DNA from: Harriotta raleighana
Lineage: Eukaryota
Reading direction: 5' to 3'
Length of the DNA: 64,000 bases
Assembly: GCA_050575255.1 (NCBI GenBank)
Contig: JBNZDD010013717.1
Span: 5,567,647 to 5,631,646 of the forward strand
Within the stretch, counting starts at the first letter, position 1; every line of letters begins with the position of its first letter. Shown one piece after another: positions 13,771 through 25,729 of the stretch. The notes beneath the pieces are model-generated. The model was not told where the DNA came from, did not search any database, and saw nothing but the letters and a program-made list of their open reading frames with translations. Made by a program: the position numbers and the translations under genes.

Positions 13771-14848
13771 CATGAAAGAAGATCCAGCAGTCAGAACAGC
13801 ATACTGGATTGTGAATATGGAATTCCTTTACATTTTTCTATTATTCTGCTCAACACTGCAGTTTTTAAGCAAACATTCGATAGTAAAAACAAAACATATT
13901 CTGATGCCTGGGACTGGTACTAAATACAACATGTATTTTAACAAATAAATGCTCAGTATGCAGGAAAAGCAGCTTAACAGCGCTTGCTGGACATGATGCC
14001 CTGCATAGTACGAAGGAAATGATATCAGTGACACTTTATGTCAGCGGCAACCTGATGAGCCACAATGTAGCTTTTTCTTTACCATAGGAAGCTGGCCAGT
14101 CAGCTCCAGAAGCCAGATGTATTTTGCTTCCAATGTCATAGTGGACCTGTGCTTTAAGTGAACCTGCTCTCAATCATTCTAACTGGATTATGCTGTTCAT
14201 GCACCAATACATCAGAATTGTACCTACCAAGAATAAAACTAATCCTTAGCAGTCTTATATTGCTTAATTTGGTCACTCAATCTCCGACTGTTTTGTGGGA
14301 CGCTGCTGTGCGCAATTGGCTGCTGTGCGCAATTGGCTGCTGCATTTCGCCCCCAAAATGTGCAGTGAATTCACTTTACAATATAACTTGTGAAGCCCTC
14401 TGTGATGTCTTGAAGACATGATAAAGCGCTATATCAAATGCAAAGATTAAAATTATTATTAATCACATCAAAATGTCAGATTGTAGTTTCAAGTCCCACA
14501 TTAGGACTTAGTGTTGCATTGTTGGAATTACAATTCAATAGATGAGATGTTAAACAAAGTTGTCATTTGCCTGTTCAGGTAGGTTGACATTAAAGATCCC
14601 ATGCTATTATTTGAAAAGAGGAGGAAGTTTCTCTCAGTGTCCTGGCTATCAATCCTCGAGATAAAAAAGGTCATAATTTATTTAATTCCCGTTGAAAATA
14701 ATTTAAGGTCTCTGCTTCAACATTGGTTTGCGGCAATGAATTCCACATTCCACCCACCCTCTGTGAAAAGAAATATTCGTCTGACATTCCACTAACTTTC
14801 TTTTTTGTGATTACCTTAAATCTATGCCCACTCTTTTTTTTGGTCAGC

Positions 14849-15260
14849 CGGGTGTCTGACAAATACAGAAACTCATCACCATGCTTAAGAATATCCAAAG
14901 AAAACAGAGCTCCATGCATCCATGAATGGAAATTCCCCAGATTTTTGTTGGAACGGAATGCATACTCTCTCCCTGAAGGTATATATCCTGCTTGCCCAAT
15001 TCTAAAGAACATGAGGCACAGGTTGGCAGGAGCCATCCCAGAGTGTGCGTTTGAGTACTGCTAGAGTCTAACCAGTTGCAAAAGCATCACCTGACATTGA
15101 ACACTTTGTCTGGCAAGCTTTCCCGTTGCTTACCCAGCTAGACCCATCCTACCAGTTAGGGTTATGGCTTGCAGAGTTAACAGTGGAAATAATCTATTGC
15201 CATTTACCCAAACATAATCTATTCCCAATGTAATGTGCTTAGGCTAGTGATCAGTGGAAG
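14849..15260 (+). repeat. Unclassified ancient dispersed repeat, copy 2
   Basis: Aligns by eye with 11648-12062 from 'gtgtctgaca' through 'ggcttgcagagttaacag'. Confidence 0.75.
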
Positions 15261-16759
15261 GCAGGCCAAGGACAAGAATGCTGATTGCGAGTGGATAGTG
15301 TTGGGATTTCACTCTTGTCTCTGAGTTCCATGTCTAGGACCTCAAAGTAGGGCAGTTTGGGGTCAGGCGCCTCAAATCTTTGGTTAAGCAGTACGGTAAT
15401 CAGATTCCCACAGTAAAAGAGGGTGGAGCAAGACAGAGCACCAGTATGAGACTACTGGCTCTGAGGAATACAAGAAAATTGAAGGTCCTCAAATACAATG
15501 CAATTTAGACTTACATTACCCCATTAATGTCAAGAGGATGTCCCAAAGTGCCGATATAGTCCAAAACCTTAAATGAGTTGGAGTAGCATCTCCTAATCCA
15601 ATCATCCAAACTCCCCTAGAAGGGATCAGTCAATTGCAGGAGCCCAGAGGCAGTGCAAGTGGCACTCTTAAACCCAACAACTAGTAATGTGGAGAACAGC
15701 AGACATCCCTTGTTGTGGGTATCCCTGACACATGGTTTATATAATTTGTTGGCGTTGGGCCCTGTTAAAGTCAAGTTGTTTGTTCAAATATGGCTGGCAT
15801 CGACTGCTTATTTTCTGGCCCCCTCACCCATACGTGTGCTACAGTAATGTTAGACCTGTTAGATCAGCTCATCCCTTAATTTTCTCAACTCTTGTAAAAA
15901 CAAACTTTTGACTTTGAAAGGTCTCCTCGCAACTGAAGCCCGTCATCCTCAGTAAACTCCCAGTGACACATTCTGTTTTATTTATATATTTAACGTTTCA
16001 ATAGCTGAGCCCTTACGGCTGTGTGTGTGTACGGGTATATAAGTGAGTGCATGAGTGTATGTAAGTGGGTGCATGTGTGCATGTACGTGTGTGCAGTACA
16101 ATCCTTGTTTACAAACAGTTCTATTGCTGGGTTTGAACATCTCATTAAGGAATCAAGTGTAACACAAACACTGGTTGTCGGAGAGCATTTATCTTAAGGT
16201 ACAGAACACTTCATGCCTGCAGATCAAAGACTGTGGGAACAGGCGTCACTGTTCCAGAGAGCAGCTGCACTCAAATCCTGTCCACACCCTTCCTGTTTGT
16301 GATGTCCTATCCTGAGGTTATTATTTTCCCAACATGCTGTTGATAGTTCTTTCCCCTCCCCCCTGTCATCTCCTCCACCCCCCTCGCCCTCCCCAGTCAC
16401 TGCTGGAGTTCTCTCCGAGGAGAGTCCAAAGCACTTCACATTAAAGTCTGTTTTTCAGTTCAGGATGGGCTACTTAGCGTGGTGCAGTTACCACGACAGA
16501 ACCTTGATGATTTGCTAATGGTTTCACAGTTGTGAAATCCTGAAAGCATTTACAAGCTCCAGAGATGTCAAGGGCTCTCTGCCTGTCAAAAGGAATGGTC
16601 TTCACAATTTTGTGAAGGAGCTGACACCCGCGGTATTTAAGAAATTAGAACGATTTTTTTTTCTAAAATATTATTTTAGAGACTTGTACAAGACTTGGTG
16701 CTCTCTTGAGTTGAAGAGTAACACAAATTGCAGTAAATTATCCAATCCAATTATAAAGA

Positions 16760-17075
16760 ATAAGAAGAATAATCCTTGCATTTCATAGAGCGCTTTTCAC
16801 GTCTTCAAAACATCTCAAAGTACTTCACATAATATATTCTAAAGTTAATTGACTCTACAGTATATATGCGGGTGAAACGTGGCAGCCAATTTCGCCCAGC
16901 AGTGTCCCACAAACAGTCGTGGATTGAAATGACCAATTTATTATTGCTTTTTTTAATAGATTATTATTAGGTTTACGGAGAAAGGAAACATGCCCAAGGT
17001 TTTGCTCTGTCTGGAATTAAACCCATGACTCCCACTTGTAGGGCAAGTGCTCTAACCACTGAGCTACAAGATTCC
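16760..17075 (-). mobile_element. tRNA-headed SINE with L2-type tail (family B, short variant)
   Basis: Reverse-complement head 'gtagctcagtggttagagcacttgccctacaagtggga' and tail 'aagcgctctatgaaatgcaaggattatt'. Confidence 0.85.
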
Positions 17076-17104
17076 ACAAATACAGATGTACATAGATATC
17101 CTCT

Positions 17105-17975
17105 GGCACATTTGGTTGGTGCTATTGTCTGGCAGGGCTGGATTATTTCCTTGCCTGGCAGCCTGCGTTCTTTCCCACACAGGCCTCCACAAGCCCATCA
17201 CCCCCAACTGCACCTAGCTCCATTGGCTCCCAGCCACACCTCTCTTCCCACAGAACAAATTAAAAATACAGTAAAACCCTGTTTATCCAGCACCCTCAGG
17301 GAGGGGGTCGACTAATTGACTGTGCCGGATAAACGGGCGGCAAGTTGCCAAAAACACAACATAAAAATTAACTTATTTTAAAACATACCATGTTAATATT
17401 AGATTAAATAGTAACAGAATATTGTATGGATACTTACCAATAAAGCATTCTAGTATACTCGGTAAATAAATAGGTAAAAGAGCATTGCATGCGTGCGCAA
17501 AGTGAGCAAACTCGTGATTGCTGGAATGGGGAATTGCCCTGGGAGGAGGTCGGGCAATCCAGTTGATCGGATCGTGGATAAACGGGATTTTACTGTACTC
17601 ATCATCATCTTTAATCTTGCCCCACTCTACCTCTGCGACTTCCTCAAAACATACCAACCCAGCCATTCCCTTCATTAAATGGACACCGGCCTGCTTCACA
17701 TACCCCGTCTCACCCATCTCACCATTGGTGGTTTGCTTTCAGCCTATCTACCTCCAATCTTTGGGATTCCATCACAAAGTTCCCTTTAACTTACCCCTTA
17801 CCTCAAGGGCCAAGACTATCTCAAGGCCTTCCTCTTTGACTCCACTTTGGTCATCTTTCCCCTCCATACACTCCTCAGCTCTCATCCCTTGTAGGGTACA
17901 ATGCCAGGATTGTCAAGCAGCTTGGATTGCTTCTTGAGGTGAAACTCACAATATAATTGTAAATTATATTGTATT
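17105..17975 (+). mobile_element. Old L2 3' fragment interrupted by a MITE
   Basis: The 'LHWLP' and 'KILIIIF' motifs lie on either side of the 17269-17595 insertion, and a tail follows at about 17920-17975. Confidence 0.65.
17269..17595. mobile_element. Tigger/pogo-like (Tc1/mariner) MITE, 327 bp
   Basis: TIRs 'cagtaaaaccctgtttatcc' / 'ggataaacgggattttactg' match at 18/20. TA dinucleotides flank both ends (17267-68, 17596-97). Confidence 0.88.
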
Positions 17976-19909
17976 GTGATCTGGAGTGGAGGGGGTTGGG
18001 GAAAGGAGCATATTGCTTTGAATGTGATAAATACAATACAATTTCCACTCATAGAGCACCTTCCCTATTGAGAGAAGAATAAAACAAAAATGGTTACTTC
18101 AATCCATGGCTGTTTGTGTGACACTGGCTGTTGCGTTTCACCCACAAATATACAGTCAATTAACGTTAGGGTATATTCTGTGAAACACTGAGCCGTCTAG
18201 AAGACGTGGAAAGTGCTTTATCAAATGCAATTAGTATTAATATTATTATAAGTCTCAAAGGGCTTAACACTGCTGCCTGAGTGCCAGAGCTGGGGGGTGG
18301 AAGCCAAGCTTTAGGTAGGTGGTATGTCCATTATGTAGCTAGTGAGACCGTAACAAGCACTTGTTTGGTTTCAGGTCACTTAGGTAGAGGAGGGGGAAGG
18401 GGAAATGGTTGCATGCCATAAACTCACCAGTAATGCTGTTATTCCAAGCAGCACAGCCCAAAACAAAGCAGTGACTCAGGCAGATCTGCTCTACAAAGGT
18501 GGCAACCATAGACTACAAATATTGGAGTAGCCAAATTCTGCATATTTTTGCATACAGTGTGGGCATCACAGTACTTCATAGGATTGATTCACTGTAAAGT
18601 AAAGCAACTGTACACTTTGTAGACAAATGCAAAGAGGGCATCTTACAACACTTTCAGCCAAGTTTAAGTGCAGCCATTATTGAACTTTGAGAGGAGGAGA
18701 ATATTTAAATCATATTTTAATCTACCATCTTATTTAAGGTACANTATTTTTGCATACAGTGTTGAAGCTTCAGATCCCAGATTGGGGCATTTCAGTTCTG
18801 CTTCACATGATAACAATTAGATGACCTACTATTTTTTAATGCATCACATGGAACTTTGCTTGCAGTGACAGGTACAGTAGGCTTACTAAGCATTGTTTCA
18901 AGGTAATATTGCTTGAGTTTTCTATGATAGCTTTCACAATGGGTGAGCATCACAGTGCTTTATAGGATTCACTGTAAAGTAAAGCAGCTGTACACTTTGT
19001 AGACAAATGCAAAGAGGGCATCTTCCACACTTTCAGCCAAGTTTAAGTGCGGCCATTATTGAACTTTGAGAGGAGAATATTTAAATCATATTTTAATCTA
19101 CCATCTTATTTAAGGTACAGAATGTCTTTTGGGATACTCCAATTTTGACAGATATGATTTTCCCTCTCTATGGGAATATTAAAAAAGTCAGTTTAGACAG
19201 TGGGAGCAACTCAGCAATTTTTTAAAATATGTATTTGCAAGCTTATTCCTTCTGACAGCACAGCATTTGACTTTGTCGCTGCAAAATGCATTTGGCACTT
19301 CTGGTTCTGGTAGTTTTTAAATGGTCTGACCCAACAGGATGAATCACTCGTGACCATTTCATTGTGACACTCTATGGTTGAGTCCACNCTGCAAAATGCA
19401 TTTGGCACTTCTGGTTCTGATGAATCACTCGTGACCATTTCATTGTGACACTCTATGGTTGAGTCCACCCATTGGATGAATATGGAAATGGCCACGTGGA
19501 TCATCTATAGGTTCCAGGAAAATNCCCATTGGATGTATATGGAAATGGCCACGTGGATCATCTATAGGTTCCAGGAAAATAAAACTGCTTATCCAATGGG
19601 AAAAAAAAGCGTGTGCAACCGCTACCTCACCAGCAATAAATATAATCTTTGTGTCGTCTTGTCTGTGTAAATCTAACCCAGGGCTTAATTTCTGAGCATA
19701 TAGTACATTGCAGTTTACTTAATGTTAAGCCTAACGTCAACTCTAATGTAGGATTAAATATTTTCTGTGCTTAACCAACATGGAAAATATTTCAACTGGA
19801 ATTTTTTTTGTCTAACACATGTGGAAACCTATTATTGAATATCCAAAATAGACGAAGAGTTTCACATATGCATCTAATGCATGGAAATTTCTCTATGTCT
19901 GAAATACTA

Positions 19910-20262
19910 TAATAAGAATCCTTGCATTTTATATAAAGCCTCATCATGTCGTAAGACATCTCAAAGAGCTTCACAGTATATACTGTAAAGTGAATTAACT
20001 ATATTTTGTGGATGAAACACGATATCTAATTGCGCACAGCAGTGTCCCATAAGCAGTGGTGGATTGGGTGACTCATTTGTTTAATTTCTATTTTTTTTAA
20101 GGGATTATTGCCTCCAGAAAAGCAAATTGATTAATAATCATGTTTCTACTTATTCCTAGGTGTGTTTATGGAGTAAGGAAACTTGCCTAAGGTTTCACCA
20201 TGCATGGGGGTCAAACCCAGGTCCCCTTGCTTAGAGGCTAATGCTTTAACCACTAAGCTACA
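19910..20262 (-). mobile_element. tRNA-headed SINE (family B)
   Basis: Tail 'aatccttgcatttatataaagc' and reverse-complement head 'gtagcttagtggttaaagcatt...ctgggtttgacccc'. Confidence 0.8.
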
Positions 20263-20456
20263 ACAACAATACAAAATTACACTTGTATAATGCCTTGGGA
20301 CGTACTCCTGATTACACGAAAGTGTAATTTTGTTGTGGTTGTTCACCTCAGGAGGATGTCCCAAGACGCTGGACTTTGATTTATCCCAAACAGAGATAAA
20401 GTTTATAGTGTTACTGGAGGCTTCTATCTCACTTATCTAATTCCAGAAAGCATAAG

Positions 20457-20848
20457 AATAATCATTGTATTTTATATAACAATGTTAATGTTGAGTGGAT
20501 CCCTCAAAGTGTTTAATAAATTTTAATATATGCAGTGATTGTATTTCTAGGTGAATAGTGCAGCCAATTTGCTCAGAGGAATATCCCAGAAACAGCCATG
20601 AAGTAAACAACCAATTTTTTAAATCTAGAAACTACCTTCTTTTTTTCCCCCAAGTAATTCCATGAGATCTTAATGTCCACCTAAACAGGCAAACAAGCCT
20701 CAATTTAACAGCACATCTAAAGGATGTCCCTGTAATGTAGCACTAAATGGAGAAACAGTCTTGACTGTGAATTCAAAGTCCTGAGGGTGCTTAAACCTAC
20801 GAACTTCTAAGTCCGATACATGAGTGTTACTCACTGAGTCAGGATGAC
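20457..20848 (-). mobile_element. tRNA-Deu-L2 SINE (family A, SacSINE1/AmnSINE1-like)
   Basis: Reverse complement contains the Deu-like core 'ttagatgtgctgttaaattgaggcttgtttgcctgtttaggtggacattaagatctcatgg'. Confidence 0.7.
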
Positions 20849-21140
20849 AGCGGTTGGGACTCGAATGTGCTGGCGTTTAACCAACTAAAGCTGTGTAGCT
20901 TTCCATTAGGAACATTATCTGGCCAGCTTCTATCCACTTGACTAACTAGGACAAATCTCCACATATCCAGCTTTGACTTGTTGTATTAACAGAAGCCAAG
21001 TTAGAAGAATGTGAAAGAATTGCTTCTATTCTCCTGATGACAGCTTGGACACACCCTCTTAACATTGAATGAGAATTCTATCAGTTGGATTCACCAGCCA
21101 AGTAACAGATATACCAAGTCAGAGATGTGTATGTTTATAA

Positions 21141-21497
21141 GTTCTGTAGCTCAGTGGTTGGAGCACTCGCCTTGCAAGTGAGAGACCTGGGTTCGATGCC
21201 CGGCAGGGTGAAATGTTGGGATAATTTCCTTACTCAACCCACCTCTGTTTACTAGCAGTAAGTAGTAATCCAGTTATTGGTTGATTGGCAGATTGCTTTC
21301 CCGGGATAATAATCCTTAAAAAGAAAAATTGGGTTACTCAATCCATGACTGTTTGTGGGACAGTGCTGTGTGCAATTGACTGCCACGTTTCGCCCACAAA
21401 TATAGTCAATTCACTTCATAGTATATTCTGTGAAGTGCTTTTGGACATCTGAAAGACATGAAAAGAGCTATATAAATTGCAAGGATTATTTATTATT
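21141..21497 (+). mobile_element. Full-length tRNA(Ala-like)-headed SINE, family B long variant
   Basis: Pol III A box 'tagctcagtggttgg', B box 'ggttcgatgcc' and anticodon-like loop CTTGCAA. The body contains 'ctgtttgtgggacagtgctgtgtgcaattg', and an L2-like tail ends in (TTA)n. Confidence 0.9.
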
Positions 21498-24189
21498 TTT
21501 ATAAACCCAGGTTTAAGGTAGTGGAAGGGGCCTGCACAGGACAACTTATTGCAAGTAGGATGTGTAGCGGAGATGTTCTATCCTTATACAGTGTATTCCT
21601 GGGAAGCCTGTACTTCTCACAGTAGAAAACATGATGAACAGCTGTGACACAGATGCAGTGGCTCAACACTGTCTACACTAAACTTAATAATAACAATAAT
21701 GATCCTTACATTTGATATAGTGCCTTTCATGTCGGGAGGATGTCTTAAAGGGATTCAAAGGATATACTATAAATGACTGTGCACAGTGTTTGTAGGCGAA
21801 CACTTGTGTTACCATAACAAAATGCACTTCACTGGTCAAAACTGTATAACAAGTGTTAATATCATGAGATAATTATCACTTCAACCAAAAATGTACTCAA
21901 AAGTAAGCCATCATTGATGTCAGGAGAGAACACATCCCCCTCTTCCCAAGGCCAGCAATAACTACTGATTGCTTTTCATCAGTTTCTGTTGACCGATGAC
22001 ATTAACACGATCTGCAGTTTTGACCCTAAAATAGCACCTTTCACATAGGAGGATGTTTTGCAATGCTTTATGTAGATAACAAGAAGAAGCATTGAACAGA
22101 AAGGAATGGAGGAGAAGCCTGAGCATGTGACCAAGACTCAGTCCAAGGCAAAATCTTTTGAAAATTCTGAGTTTTGAAGGCCAGGATAGAGTGAGCGAGA
22201 CGAACGGATTTGAGGAGAGAGTTCCAGAGAAGAGGGCTTTGTGACTGGAAGCTCAGGGGTCAGATCTGTGGCAGTCACTCTCTACATTGGAAACATTGTT
22301 TGTGACTGTCTTTATGACTGTCCATCAGGTAGCAGCATAGTTTGGAAGAAAAAAACGGAGTAAATTTTCTGCAGCCACGTGGCAGGTCAGAATTAATGGC
22401 ATCATCTGATGCTGTGATGTGGACAAGCACTGCTGCAGCCTCAGTAAAGTTGCCGGTAATTAGCCACATAATGTTCTTTCTGTAAACAAACCTAGCTTGT
22501 GAAGTCGGGAACACTATGCATAATGGGTCTGGGCCAAGCATATTAGAAAATCAATAATGATCCTTGCATTTTATATAACGTTGAGCATATCTCTAAGCAC
22601 TTCAAACTTCATGTGAAGTGACTGTGCATTTCCCAAAGAGGTTTTGTAAACTAACATACAAGCAAACCCAAGTATCATAAGCCAATGTTCAAAAACTTTT
22701 TAACTTTTGTCTTCTGTTGAAACTCTAATATTTATAGAGTGGTGTGGTTTATTTATTTGAATTAAAAGAGTAAGATGCCTCTTATATACCAGCTGCTTCT
22801 GGATTTCAGTAGAACAAGCCCACTGCTGCTCTGTAAGTATCTTGAATGGGCTCAGGGTGCAGGAACATATCACTACAGACTCCCAGGTGTATTAAGATGC
22901 AACTTCACAACTTTGGCAGCATAGAAAGAGTGTGACACCGGTGAACCTTAATGTAACTTGAATTAAATTGGTTTTGAAAAGACCACGAGCTGAGTATTAA
23001 CACCATCAATACAATACTACTAGGATTTAATTGTAAAATTTTGCGTTAAATCTTATGAAACGCATTTTTCACATCCAAAATTAAAAAATGATTTATCTTA
23101 ATTTTAGCAGAGTCAAGATAAAATACAAACAGTGAAAATAAAGCCACGTGCATGAAGTTTTCCCCACATCATATCATGAGATTATTTCAATTAATCTTAT
23201 TTGAATCTTAATCCGTGAGTTTAAACTGTTTTAGACTTATATGGTTAGAGTGATGATGACATAGAACCCTCAAACTATACAGTCAATTCACTTTACAGTA
23301 TACTCTGCTCTGAGACGTCTTTTATAGTGAGGAAATCAATAGTTTACAATGAAGGTAAACTGTGTTAGCAGGATAAGATCTCTTTGTCGGAGTTAGTGTG
23401 TGTTTAAGAAGTTAAAAGTGTATGTTTCCTAAACGTAGCTTGTCGAGTCAGGACTGCAAACAAAACATTCCCTAATACTGTGGACATTTCAAATTTATTT
23501 ATTAGGGATTTGATTGAAGGATGGGGGAATTCAATTTGTATGAATGAAGTTTTTGAAGTGGCTGAATCCAGGCTGTAAATGTGCCTTGATTCTCTGAATT
23601 GAATTAGGTCCTACTGTATTGAAGAGTATGAGTTTTGTCACAGATGTGATCTGGCAACTCTGCAGTTATTGTCAGGTAAGATTTTATCTACCGGTGATTC
23701 TAAAATTCCTTTGCTAAGAGATTAAAAATATTCTGCTTGTCATCCACTCCCTCAACAAGTGTGTACTTCTGGCTTCCTTATCCTCCTGGCCTTGACAAGT
23801 TGATTGAATGCCAAATACAAGTCAACTGAGAGTCACGTCATATAACTTTTATCTCTGCCAATTAATTCAAACAACATATAATTAAATATATGTTGAAAAG
23901 GGATCGGTCACTCGTTATACTGATATAAAACCTACTCATATTGTTTCAGGTGACTAATCCCATACCACTAATGTAAAGTGCCTCAGCAAAATGTTCAGTA
24001 AAAATTATGTTCACAACCATCTCTATGCAACTGAGTGAATTAAATGCCCCACCATGCTCTCCATAGTCCCTGTGCTATAAGATCTTCTCCTAGTGAAGGC
24101 TGCTATGTACATGTGGATTACTGCTTTTTTATAGTTGTTAAAATCAAAATACCAAAGAAACATACATTAGTCGTAAATTGTATTTCAGC

Positions 24190-24530
24190 CTTTACCTTAC
24201 CTGGAAGGTTCCAGGTCCAATTCCTGGTTTGTGCTTCAGTAAGTTGATCTGAGCCAGGACAGTGATAAAGGGCACAAGTGGGTTCTATTTTGGAAAGAGG
24301 GCAAAACATTAACTGGAGTCTTAGTACTGATTACTATCAGTAATCCTGGCTAGAAATTGTGTCTGTGTCAATGTGATAAGCTCCCACAATCAAACACCCT
24401 GTCAGCACTCACTATCTCGGCTCCACACTGAAAAAATAACTAGTTGATCAAGTGCTTCAAAGCTGTTGGGATCAGTGAACCTGACAACAGCACAGGTTAG
24501 CACCTTAAGTAAAGGAACAGAAGTAATTGG
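24190..24530 (+). mobile_element. Old SINE-like repeat
   Basis: B-box-like 'ggaaggttccaggtccaattcctggtttgtgct'. Related pieces lie at 1260-1390(-), 12380-12700(-), 28700-28790 and 36270-36800. Confidence 0.55.
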
Positions 24531-24817
24531 AAACATATAATAAACATGCAAAAACATCGTGACTAAGCAATGAAATATGACAAATATCTCATTTGGTGAG
24601 ATTGACCTTGGTTAACCTCTGTTTTTTTGCAGGTGATAATATTATTATTAATAATATTCACCTCTTCTCGATGTCTCAAAGCTATTCACAGAATATACTG
24701 TGAAGTGAATTGACCGTATATGTGTGGAAGAAACGCAGCTGCCAATTGCCCACAGCTATGATTTGAAGTGACCAATTTATTATTTTTTTCGTGAGGGATT
24801 ATTATTAAATGTCTTGT

Positions 24818-25729
24818 TTGGTCCTCAATTGTCTTTTCTCCCCAGCATCCAAACCATAACCCATTCTGCCTTCCTTCACCTCTGCAATATTGCTTGACTC
24901 CGCCACTACCTCAACCCTCAGACCGCTGAGACATTCATGCCTTCATCACATCTAGGCTCGACTACCCCAATGCGCTGCTTGTCGGCCTTCCCAATTCCTC
25001 CCTCCATAGATTGCAGATAATCCAGAACTCTGTGGCCTGTGTACTCTATCACTCGAAGCTTCTTGACCCCATCTCTCCCATCCTAGCCTGACTCCATTGG
25101 CTCCCCGTCACCCAGAGGATTCAATTGAAGATCCTGGTTCTCATATTCATAGCCTTCCATGGCCTCGCTCCAACCTACCTCTGCGACCTCCTAACTCTTG
25201 CAAACCTGCCCGCCCCATCTAATTAGCAGGCTCCGACCTGATCCAGGTACCCCGACCCACCCACCCCACCATTCATGGGCAAGCCTGTAGCTACACTCTG
25301 TCCCTAACCTCTGGAACTCCATCCCACACTCGCCCCCTCCATAGCCTCCTTCAAGTGCCCCCTCAAGATCCTCCTCTTCGACGGTCCCATCAGTCACCCC
25401 ACATCCCCCCCTTTCTCTCCACCCTCCCTGTCCATTACCCTAGCTTGGGTCTGAAACAATGACTGTCCAGCACCTTGGGACACNACTCTGTCCCTAACCT
25501 CTGGAACTCCATCCCACACTCGCCTCCTCCGTAGCCTCCTTCAAGTGCCCTCTCAAGATCCTCCTCTTCGATGGTCCCATCGGTCACCCCAAATCCCCCC
25601 CTTTCTCTCCACCCTCCCTGTCTATTACCCTAGCTTGGGTCTGAAACAATGACTGTCCAGCACCTTGGGACACTCTCCTGACATGAAAAGCACTTTACAA
25701 GTATAATTTTGTTGTTCTTGTTGTTGTTG
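24818..25729 (+). mobile_element. L2 3' fragment inserted within a family-B SINE
   Basis: Peptides '[10 protein letters not shown]' and 'LHWLPVTQRIQLKILVL' with a (TTG)n tail. The SINE tail half (24645-24806) and head half (25730-25835) flank it. 25485-25672 is an artefactual repeat after the N. Confidence 0.88.

Noticed and set aside
16478-16496. Small hairpin 'cgtggt-gcagtt-accacg' resembling an iron-responsive element
   Set aside because: The loop is not CAGUGN, and there is no bulged C or lower stem.
21141-21210. tRNA-Ala gene
   Set aside because: There is no intact acceptor stem, and the sequence continues into the SINE body. It is a SINE head, as are the similar copies.
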